Source: Perkinsus olseni (lineage: Eukaryota). Taken from it: a stretch of 64,000 nt of DNA. Every line of letters starts with the position of its first letter. Within the stretch, counting starts at the first letter, position 1. This document shows, piece after piece, positions 53,860 through 64,000 of the stretch. The position numbers and the translations under genes were made by a program. Location of the stretch: positions 1-64,000 of the forward strand of contig JABANN010000047.1 of NCBI GenBank assembly GCA_013115125.1, written 5' to 3'. The notes below the pieces were generated by a model. That model was given only the letters and a program-made list of their open reading frames with translations. It did no database searches and had not been told where the DNA came from.

Positions 53860-55830
53860 GATCTTAGGAAAGGACTGAGCAGGCATGGCCATCAAGGAAA
53901 GTTTCCGCAGGGGACGCAAAAGTTGATAATGCGACATGTTCAAGGGCCCCGGATCAACCCTCCTAGTTTCGGCTACTATCTCGAGCTGTGGTGATCACTG
54001 TTGAGGGTATGCCACCTGGGACTGAACTCTGAAATTCAGAGTCTGAATCATCAAGAATCTAAGAAAAAGGAAAACAAGTCGGGACTAGGAGAACGTCCGA
54101 TGATCTTCTTCTTGCGCAGCGCCCCTTCGGCCGGGCAGGTGATGGCCAGACTGGCCAGGTCAGTGTAGAGATATAGCTATACTGACTATCACCTGCCTGA
54201 TTATCGGGCTATTCAACTGATCTGTTCAAGTTGATTTAGCGACTGCACGCATACTTACGTTCCTCCGAGGAATGAGGTGACGCAGAGGACTCTACACGTA
54301 GACAAGGGAGGCAAACTGGGACCCTCTCTTCGTAGACTCCCCTAATAGAGTTGACTAGTGAGATGGTGTGGGAGGCCCCCACCAGGAGCGCCTCAGCTTG
54401 GTCCAGATGGGACCTCAACAGGAATGGGAGCTGTCGCGGAGGCAAACGACGACAGGCAGATCAGCTTCATGACGCTCGCGTACGCAGTCGCGAGCCAATC
54501 CCAGGAGAGTCACTCGACGCGCTTCCCTCCTCCGAGTGAAATAGACAAGTAATAGGCCGAGCGATTTAAAGTCAAGATTGTTGAATAAATAGAGAATCTC
54601 CGAGTGAGGGGTGAGAATACTCATGCAGATGAACATCACGACGTGATCACACGTGTCTTGCGTTAATTGAGCCCTTTGACACGGTACACTTGAGCCAAAC
54701 CCAGTATTAAGTTAACACAGACCCGAGTTGAGTCAGATTAACGTAATTGATGAGTTCTAAATTATACGATAAAACTCTACGATTATACTAGCGTCGCAGC
54801 TTAAGTAGTGCAAGCTGCGCGCCACAGACGACGGACTGACACAATCGGGGACAGACTAGAGGCGATACGGCACACACTGTACCGGTACTTTACCGGCCCG
54901 GTACTACCGGATACAGACTGTATCATACAGCCTGCTACTAGCAGGTGCGACAGGCTTCTCGTTTTTTTTCGCAAGTTCGGAAAGTTCTCGTGCAAGTCCA
55001 ACATGATTGGCCTTAGGTAATTCAGGTGTTGTAGTAGAAGTAGATGTGTGTCACACTGTGTGTGTGAAGATAGGGTATGACGGAGTAGTTGGCTGAGCCG
55101 ACTTGGCTCCCCTAGGTGTTGATGAGTACTAGGAAGAGTAGAGTAGATCCAGGGTTGAAAAGGACCAACCCTTGTAGCAGTATCGTAACCTGCCGGATGG
55201 GATAGTGTTCCAACACTGCGAAGCACGTTGAATAATGCGCTCGAATTGTGGGAACGTCAACTGGTCTGCAAAATGACATCCGAGTCACTCATCGAAAATA
55301 CGATGGACGTGTAATATTCTTCCATTCACCCGTCATGCGTATGCAAGTGAAGTTTGGGAGTCACAGTGAACACGGTTGGGCTCATCTGTAAATCCTGTGG
55401 AACCGGGCTATGGCCCTGAGCCACTCCAGAACCACTCCGAGACTGTGTTTCGCGTAATGTTCACAGTAATGAGGAAGCAGGTAAACCACTAGTTCATTGC
55501 CTCAAGATGAAGTCGGGAGTCTCAATCAGAGCGACAACAGTTGTCGGAGTTACTCCGTAGCGATACTCTTATCCTGGATAAGGGTGCGCTATGAAGTCGC
55601 TATGGATAAGTTATCCATATGATAAGCGGCCATGGGATCAGAGGAGTCGTTCAGAGAGTTATCGACAGAGCCACCAACTTGAATGGCTTTGTCGTGGGCA
55701 ATGATCTGTTAAGGGAGAGTATTACAGCACGATTCAGTGTAACAGAGTGTTCAATACTCAGTATTGTAGCCAATGAGGATGGCCGGCATCATTAGAGGCG
55801 ATTGCCAATCCACCGACTGATTTACACCAG

Positions 55831-56526
55831 GAGCCCGTTCAGGTGCAAAACACTTCCGAGTTCCGAGTCTGAGTACTTCCCTCCGAGTCAGTATTTCTAG
55901 TGAACGAGTTCCGAGTAATCGTCTGTTCAAGTCCGGCCGCTCGGTTTGGTCGCATTTCCGATCTGTTTTGCAAGGTACGAATCCCGAGTTAATTTTTCTC
56001 GTGTTCAAGTCATTGCTGTGAGAAATGTCTCCGACTCGGAAAAGTAGCCTTACTCGGTGAACTAATTCCTGCGACGAAACGCGCTACGGGACAGAAACAC
56101 AAAGCAACTTTTTTACTTGGTTCTCGTCAATACAATATGAGTTTGCACTATGAGGCCCTCACAGTGAGGAATAGGCTATTCCGAGTAGATACATTACTGG
56201 TAGTAATCATTCAATAGCATAGTATGATCCAAGGGAACGGAAGCGTTGCGTTCGCAGGAAGTTCGGGTTTCGAAAGGACTCGGAAACACTAGCCCTCTCC
56301 ACTCGGACTCGGATTCACCTTTAGCGAGCCGAGTGGGCGGCACTTGAACTAAGAACTCGGTTCGAGTTATCCGAGAGCTCGGATTTCCAGGCCGCAGAGA
56401 ATTTCTTAGCTCTCGGAAAGTGAACTCGGGAAAAGTTTGCACTTGAACGGACAATTTTTCTCTGAGCTCGGAAGGGTGCTCTTTCCGAGAGCTAAGACTC
56501 GGAAATTGGAGCACTTGAACGGCCTC
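55831..56526. mobile_element. Non-autonomous TIR element family D (3-bp TSD CAG)
   Basis: GAGCCCGTTCAGGTGC...GCACTTGAACGGCCTC; CAG on both sides; TTCCGAG/CTCGGAA subterminal motifs with inverted polarity. Confidence 0.82.
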
Positions 56527-57214
56527 CAGATCTCCTAGAAGAGCTGAAGGCTTCAGCGAGCTTCAGCCTGAAGCTCGTATGTGGTAATCAAATAAGATAG
56601 GAGAGTCTCCTATCTTACTTAGTGACCACATACGAGGTCTCCTAAGGAGACCAGTGGAATTCGAACAACCTGCTCGATCAATCATATGATAATGCCCATA
56701 AACCTCACGAGTTCAACACCGAGTGTTGAACACTCTACTATTCGAGGGCACTTGCTCTTACGAGGATATTGGAGATGCACCGTGCATCATGCACGCGAAA
56801 TGACATTACTCACGAATTGATAACCGCGAAGACCGCGAATTAAAATTTGTCGCGAATACCTTACGCGGTTTTCGAGGTTTACCCTTTTTCCACGCGGTTT
56901 TCGGGCAGTGAAACGAGAGGCATGCCCTTCGCTAGCGGTTTTCACCTCGCGGTTGCATCTATCTCAAATAAAACTTAAGCTTAAATGGCCCCTTGCGGCC
57001 TTTGCTACCTTCGATATAAGATTTACCCTGAGTTCGTCCTCGATCCTTACCGTAACCTTCACTGTAGCCGAGACGGCAGGAGCATCAACATGGCATGCTG
57101 AACACGCTCGTCCTCTTCCCTCCCCTCCCATTATAGGAGTCCTATACCCGGCTGAGCCATCGCATCGAGTCTCACCGTGAGACTCACAAGGTTTATTCAC
57201 CCGGTGAGTACAGT

Positions 57215-57412
57215 GTGTTCGATTTTGATAGTCCAAAACGGAAAAACGCATAACTTCTCGAATACGGAGGATTCTGCAACCAAACTTTCGTACAATGAGG
57301 CTGAGTAGACTTGAAATCTAACTAGATAATTTTTGACTACATATCGGTCACCGTTTCACTTCTAGGGCGCGCGCGACTAATACACCCATCGCGTGCTGTC
57401 TCATTCTGATAG
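57215..57412 (+). repeat. Dispersed repeat, homologous to 1175-1385
   Basis: Shared blocks listed for 1175-1385. Confidence 0.75.
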
Positions 57413-57759
57413 TCAACGCAACAAAGACAGCAAGAAAGGAACCTAGTACTATATATCACGCATAAGGTCATGCTTTAATATGTCCACCACGTGTGATAAA
57501 AAGTTTTTCCAGCCTTTTGTCGACAGAATCAGTGGGGTTCTTGACTTCAGCTGAGCTTATGGCCTTAGCCGCCGCCTGAACCGCATCCCACAGCGTGTCA
57601 AGGTCATTATACTGTCTGTTGTTCGCGTAAATCTTCCTCAAGCCCGAGAACGACTGGCTGAATGGATATTCAGGACCGTTTACCTCTTCAAGATCGCCCA
57701 GTAATTTTCTACCGGATTTAGATCCGGTAGAAACTAAAAGGTAGTTTACTGTTTCGCCT

Positions 57760-58075
57760 TCAACGCCGAACCACGATTATTGATTGCATCCTAAAGTCTG
57801 TCAAAAACCGATTATTCTGCAGTCTTGGAAGAGCGGCCGCTAGCGAGCTTATCGCATCGGCCGTTAGCTGTCCCAGCGCGTATCTCTCCGCCTATGCCAC
57901 CCAAATGAGTATCGTATCTTGACGCATGCCGACGACAGAATAAGCCTCCGCTCCGAAAGGAGATCAACGGCCTACACCACGATGGGAGTTTCTGACTCGG
58001 AAGGGAGTTCCACAATTTTCGCAGTGCGCAGCACATCTTCCAAAGCTTTTCAAGCGGTCTCCATTCCCAATCGTG
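57760..58075 (-). pseudogene. Degenerate relic of the 46882-47985 gene
   Basis: Shares TATCTTGACGCATGC...CAGAATAAGCC and GCGGTCTCCATT; internal deletion and frameshifts. Confidence 0.75.
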
Positions 58076-59494
58076 GCGATCGATTATGCGATCATTGCAG
58101 CACACGCAGTTGTGTCACAACTGCTGAGAGAGCTTCAAGCTGGCGTAGCGAGGTTCACAGAGTCCCACCTGAGCGAGAAGGGAAAGGCAAACAAGGCAGA
58201 CCGAGGGAGTGGGCATGTGATCATCACATTGTGATGACTAACCCTCTCACATCCACTGTGGATGATCTACACGCCTCATACGAAGGAGCAACATATTGGA
58301 GCTTCACCCGTGTTGTGTTGAACGCTAGTGAGAACGCATAACACGACGAGAAATGGATGATTTTTGAGGCCAAAACGCGGTAAACATTCAGGTGTTCAAC
58401 ATACCGTCTTTTCAAAAGACAAAAGACTCTTTTGTAACGCGTTGACATAACGTGTGAGACAAATCACACTCTCACCGTAATAGAAGGCACAAGAAGGAAT
58501 GTACACGATAGAAACTAAGCTGCAGGCCCAATACCAGTTTGCTGATGACGGGAATCGAAGTTGGTCAAAATTGTGAAAGCGCAAAGTTTGCGGCATGCTG
58601 CATGCCGCATGCACATTCGAAATGTTATTGGAATGTTACATTCCTTGCAGGCTTATGCCCAGCTATATGCGAGTGATTGTTTTCTGTGCTGTGCTTGAGT
58701 GTGTTGTTCTGTTGCTTGTTTTCATGACGTTGTGTTGTGTTGAACGCGATTAACATTTCGGTGAACGCGTGATGACGCGTTATCTCGTCAGAGTTCTTCG
58801 CGTTATTGCGTTTCACGCGTGCGTTTTGGCGTGAAGTGTTATTTCAACACAACACTTCGCGTAAAACTGTTTTACACCTTAAACGAGTGAAACTCTATTT
58901 AAGCGAGGGGACAGACAGGAGTATGTGTCTATGTGATCAACTAAGCGGATCGTCTGAGTCAGACCCCTCGTAGGAATGTTTTCCTTATACAATCCCGCTT
59001 TGCTACGCACTCGTGTAAACTCAAGACCACAGAGCTCATGGGCGGAGAAGGTAGAATTGCTACTTGGGTAGCTGCCGAGCACGACGCGCTACCAGAAACC
59101 TTGTACGACGCAAGGGCTTACCGAAAGTAGGTGTTGATGGTTAACGGGGGTGGTAATCCGCATCTGCTAAACGCCCTCCGGAACCAGAGACCAAACCAGT
59201 AGCCCTCTGTACACGAAGATAGTGTGAGACAGCTACCCACACCGATCACTCAGCCCCCGAGAGGCAGTGGGTGGGTTAAATCGCGAGACACGGAGAGACC
59301 AACTGAAAATAGTACTACTCCCATGACAACAACTCCGAGATGGTACCGCTACAACTTCTAATAACGATGCAGACCAGGAAACCAGATATCTGAAGCGCTA
59401 GCTTCCACATAATACAAACACGATACACAAAACGCACGAGGGCGTAGCTGTCTCGGTATTGTACTTCCCAGCACCAAGATGCCTTCCAAGACAT

Positions 59495-59665
59495 TCCATT
59501 GTGTAGAATGCTGGCCCAGGGGACACATTGGGGCGTGCGCTACTGTGGATATCTGCGCCATCAGCATCTAACCGATTCATTGTGTCTCGTCTCCTCTGAA
59601 ATCTTACGGTGCGAGCCTCTGCAATTTCTGCATACGCTTGCTTTACCTGCCGGAAGCGTCTCTCT
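59495..59665. repeat. ~165-bp diverged repeat, second copy at ~62410-62580
   Basis: TTGTGTAGAATGCTGGCC...GGGGCGTGC...ATATCTGCGCCATCAG shared. Confidence 0.8.
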
Positions 59666-59929
59666 TCACTAACTCCGTCTGCAACTACTCGCCAGTTCAA
59701 GCTATCTACATCAAGAACTGCTACTGTTAGTAGTTAATCTCGGTCTCGATCGAGGTTGACTTCTAACAAGATCTTACCCATTACTAACGACACGCTTTAA
59801 CCTAAGATACCCTATGCTCTCACATACTCGTTCCCTTCTTCTTCTTCAAAGGGCCTAAAGTAACTGACTCGCAGACCTTCATAGCGTCCGCACAGGCAGC
59901 TTAAGGGAGAAGAAGAAGAACAGCTCTTC

Positions 59930-60500
59930 CAATATCTCCTGATCTACCCTACCCAGATCAGGAGGCCCGCCGGCACCACCGGAACTGCACTTGGCGATTT
60001 TCGTCCCGCATGTTTTCAAATATGGGGCCATCTTATCTTGACGCATGCAGACGGCAGAATAAGCCAGCGCAACCATTTGGCAAGTCCACATCTGTACGAA
60101 TCTTGGGTCGTGATTTTCCGCGATCCACTCGCCCACTACTTGTCCCAATGCCGCGTCCACCCGCCGATGCCTCGAAAGGATGTCACAGGCTTCCACCACA
60201 ATCGAAAGGCAGTTCCGAAATATTCGCCGTGCGCAACAGAAACCTTCCGACGCTCTTCGAGAGCTCTCGATTCCCAGGTGCGATGATGGATGTTGCAAAG
60301 CTGGCAGCAATCGGAGGGGTTGCCAAAGTCGGACAGAGCTCGCCATAGGGAATGATGGCACTACGAAGAACGTGTCGATTTCTCTACACAGTGAGACCCG
60401 GTGTATCTTAGGTTGCCCTGAGGACATAATAGAGAAAAAGATTCGCGCGACCTTACCATCTTCCACCTAGGACAACACTCTCAACTGAGCAGCCGTCGGC
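59930..60500 (-). pseudogene. Chimeric relic: 5' part of the OPR/RAP-like gene fused to a carboxypeptidase exon
   Basis: 60031-60500 matches 47670-48140; 59950-60030 matches 52565-52645. Confidence 0.8.
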
Positions 60501-61534
60501 ATAGCCTTCCTCTAGATATCCACCAGAGTAATGAATAGCGGACCTCCCAAGACGATTATGCAACAGATTCTACTGCATATCGGAGGATACCAACACCACA
60601 GGCTCTGGCGCTCGAAGCTAGTTCGAATCGAATGAATGCCGTATTCCCCTGTGCGAGCATGCCCACCACCTGCGCATGTAGAATTCAAGTACCTAACTAG
60701 TTTGGACGGCTGACTCGGGGAATATCTTGTGTTCTCGCTCGCCATGATGTATTGAAACGGTCATCGATTCGTGTATACCAGTGTTACATGTTGCTCTTCG
60801 TACAAGAGCATGCTATTGTGGGAATTACGAAGCTTGAACCCCGAAATTCATTCTAATATCGCCTTATGAGAAGAAACGAAGAAAGCCGTTCCATTTTGCC
60901 CAACGAATGTCTGAGCACCAATATGCCGATGATGATAGTTCGACCGGATGATGATGTCGGCGAAAGGTCATTCACACGCCAACGCTCCTCAGGCATCGTC
61001 GAGACCCTCTCAGTAATACCTCGACCCCTCCATTCAGTGAATCTACTACGAAGCGAGTCGTATCGTAAAAAGCGGCGGCCACCTACAACGAAGACGGGGC
61101 CGACCAACAGTGATGATGATGACGTCCTGACGGCTGCTATGTACATCCATCGCTACATACTCCTGAGGAACACCCACAGGGTGTTCCACCTGCGAGCTGG
61201 CAGCTCGGTCTGAACATCTACGCTGTCGAGCAACTTGTTGGCTGGAGCGCATCGGTCGTCACACAAGCGCTGTCTTCGTGTTTACGAGCAGACATTGCGC
61301 TGAAGCGTGATCGATATATTGAGCTACGAGCTCAACGATATGTGGACAGATCGTCTATAGCAGAGGGTACATATCCCAGAGGCTGAGAGTAACCAGCCTG
61401 CTGGAGACACAGATTATACGTTAGAGTTGACTCGGATAAGAAATGTATTCAGTTGTGTTGAATCAATTAAGGGAAGTCTCTCATTGATAGGCAGTCGGAC
61501 GAACCAACAAACTCTCCGTTGGAGAATCTCCGAC

Positions 61535-61690
61535 GTAACCAACACGACGATGTTGCCGTCGACCTGCCGAACTATCGGCAGATAGAACTATCGGCGTTGC
61601 TCACCGGTCCAGGGTTGGCCTGACCAACTTGGTCTTGAAGAACTGATCCTCTTGCCCAGCGGACGCCCGGACGTCGTATCTGCATCCTCA
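61535..61690 (-). pseudogene. Relic of the carboxypeptidase YDVR exon
   Basis: Matches 51640-51770 (TTGGTCTTGAAGAACT...GGACGCCCGGACGTCGTATCTGCATC). Confidence 0.8.
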
Positions 61691-62819
61691 TCACCATCAA
61701 CATCATCATTAAAGTGCTCATCATACACGGGTGTCAAATTTGCGCCAATTTAATTGGCGCGGACGAGAATTTCTCGTCGAGAAAGTAGTAGGAAAATTTC
61801 CGGTGGGTATATTTTCACCTAGATTTTAGATTTTTACGATTTTAGATTTTTTCCGTTACGTATTTCACGCAGCGGCACGTAACAAACACGGCGATTCGAA
61901 ATCTAAGCTCGTGTCTGAGCTGAGCCGCTCAGCCTGAGCGCACTGTGCCACAGTGACTGTGATAACTATGCTGGTCATCGGTGCAATCAACTAATCCGAT
62001 GCGGAATGAAGGATGAATAATGGAGTCACTTGCGAGTTCGGAGAAGGCAACCAGTTAGAAAATTCGGACTGCGAACGCAAAGTTGCGTCACGAGAATGAC
62101 AAAAGCATATCCGCTGCCTCCAACATTATCTAAAACCTCAACCTTAACCTCGGGCCTCAACCTAGGCTGAATAGACTTTTGAGTGGTATAGTAGTACAAC
62201 TCGCCGAGCAGCTGACCCAAGTTGGGTTGGGTTGGGTTGAACCCAACTTGGGCTTTGCTCGCCAAGCGGGAAGTAGTCTACTACCCGCTACTACCAGCAG
62301 TCTCTACTACTAGTAGAGAGCCTCCGCCAAGTAGGGCGGTGTCGTGCCTAGATGAGATTAAGTGAGCGGATCGTTTGACACCTCCTGGGAATGCTTCGCT
62401 GAGACGTTCTGTTGTGTAGAATGCTGGCCGAGGAGACACAATGGGGCGTGCTCTACTCTGAATATCTGCGCCATCAGTATCTAGCTGTCTCATGTGGTTT
62501 CGTGTGTCTCCTCTGGATTACTATGGTTACAGTCTCTCCAGTCTCTGCATACAGTTGCCTTTGCCTTCCGGGAATGCTTCGTTCCACTGGGTTTCTGTGC
62601 ATCGCACAGAAACACAGTGTGCAACAGGGGTTGCACACTGTGTGCAACTACCCATCAGTTCAAACTATTTACACCAAGAAGCCGTACTTGCATTCTAAAT
62701 CCCTTTTCAACTACACCACCCCAGATCGGGTTATTTCCGCTGAAATGTCCTGAACCCAGCTCTTCATTCGCCGAGACTGTGATGGTGGTCGCTTCTTAGT
62801 TTCCTGTTCACTCCACGCG

Positions 62820-64000
62820 ATGAAACTCCTCTCCTTCGTCCCGCTCATAACCGCATCGAGCGGCGCAGACGTTTATGACAGCAAGACTATCCTATCGATC
62901 ACCTCCGACGATGCTTTTGTCGACGTCCGAGATTTCCCGCAGCGCCTCGAAGACGCCAAGTTCGCGTCCAACCGTGAAGTGGCCGCCTTCCTCAAGACAG
63001 CAACAATCAAGACTCTGAAGTCCTCGGGCCTGCAGGTAGTCTCTACTTCCGATGACACGGTGAGCTCCGCCGATCTCTGTGCCTACTTGAAGAACGCAGC
63101 CTCCGAGCTACCCGGTCTGGAGTGTGAATGCTCCCCTAACTTCGCCATCAAGGAAGAGACCACCGACGACGATCTCGGCGTCAATGACCCTCAAGCTTGG
63201 AGGCAAAGAGCATTCAAGCGGATGAACATGAAGGAAGTGTGGAGACTGTCTGCGCCCTACGCGAGGCGGACCATCAAAGTAGCTGTTGTGGACGCCGGCC
63301 TCAATTTCAGCGATCCTGAGATCGCCGCTTATCGAGGTTTCTTCCGTAAGAGGAGCGGCGGGTACATTGACGGTGGCTGGAACTTCGTCGACGACAACTC
63401 GAATTTAACGTCGTTTAATCAGCATGGTCAGCAGTGTGCCAGACTCATCGCGGCCAGGCGGAACAATAGCATCGATATGGCCGGCATGTCATCTAACGTA
63501 CGTCTAGTGTCTTTCAGAACTCATGAGGATAATGGCGCCGGCAGCTGGGCGAATGTGGCCGAAGCTTTGGACATGGCAGTCGACATCGGAATTGATGTCG
63601 TATCAATCTCACTGGGGGTTTACATGTCGAGCAGTGAAGCGGACCGGATCTTCGGCAAGGCCTTCAAAGCAGCCACTGACCAGGGTATCATTATCGTCGC
63701 CTCTGCTGGTAACGATGGAAAGGCTGCTGACACGCACTATCCATCTGCGCTTCCCGGCGTGATCGCCGTGGCTTCCATCGATATCCAAGACACTCTACAA
63801 TTATCTGGTTTCAGCAACTACGGGGGTTACGTCGACATCGCTGCCTACGGCTCGGACGTCTACACCGGCTACAACAGGCTCTCCTCGGGCACGTCCTTCT
63901 CGTGCCCCATCGTCTCGGGAGCGGCCGCGATCCTGCTTTCTATGGGTGTCAAACCCAAGTACGTTGCGGGAACCCTCATTCACAACGTTGATCGGTTCGC
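62820..64000 (+). CDS. Secreted subtilisin-like serine protease (S8), copy D, running off the window end
   Basis: MKLLSFVPLITASSGADVYDSK; AVVD, HGQQCA, SAGND, GTSFSCP; absent from the ORF track, presumably because no stop lies in the window. Confidence 0.93.
   Translation, partial: MKLLSFVPLITASSGADVYDSKTILSITSDDAFVDVRDFPQRLEDAKFASNREVAAFLKTATIKTLKSSGLQVVSTSDDTVSSADLCAYLKNAASELPGLECECSPNFAIKEETTDDDLGVNDPQAWRQRAFKRMNMKEVWRLSAPYARRTIKVAVVDAGLNFSDPEIAAYRGFFRKRSGGYIDGGWNFVDDNSNLTSFNQHGQQCARLIAARRNNSIDMAGMSSNVRLVSFRTHEDNGAGSWANVAEALDMAVDIGIDVVSISLGVYMSSSEADRIFGKAFKAATDQGIIIVASAGNDGKAADTHYPSALPGVIAVASIDIQDTLQLSGFSNYGGYVDIAAYGSDVYTGYNRLSSGTSFSCPIVSGAAAILLSMGVKPKYVAGTLIHNVDRF

Noticed and set aside
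54689-54699. TTTGGCTCAAG on the minus strand, matching the 3' end of the dinoflagellate/perkinsid spliced leader
   Set aside because: Only 11 nt match; the CCGTAGCCA 5' part is absent
56770-56960. Possible small hAT-like element (AGATGCA...TGCATCT, CCGCG motifs)
   Set aside because: TIR too degenerate and no 8-bp TSD visible

Overview
Eukaryotic (protist) genomic DNA with short GT-AG introns. The mix of intronless S8 subtilisins, tandem AAAP amino-acid transporters, an S10 carboxypeptidase and HP-x-G-x-Y secreted repeat proteins suggests a Perkinsus-like alveolate; this is an inference, not a database result. Genes: three tandem transporter genes, a tRNA-Val(AAC), four subtilisin paralogues (one a pseudogene, one cut by the window end), a four-domain secreted protein, a SAM methyltransferase, a truncated MYST acetyltransferase, two RING genes, an OPR/HPR-RAP-like gene with relics, and a decayed S10 carboxypeptidase. 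Four non-autonomous TIR element families are present. The strongest unexplained signal is about 30 copies of one stereotyped scar. An 8-mer is expanded into its first 7 nt, then its full reverse complement, then its last 7 nt (net +14 nt, '7-8-7'), and some copies have longer arms. Several scars are confirmed as insertions by scar-free paralogous sites in this window. The geometry fits hairpin-mediated excision of an 8-bp-TSD (hAT-type) element, but no such element was recognised here. Exon boundaries were read by eye and are approximate.
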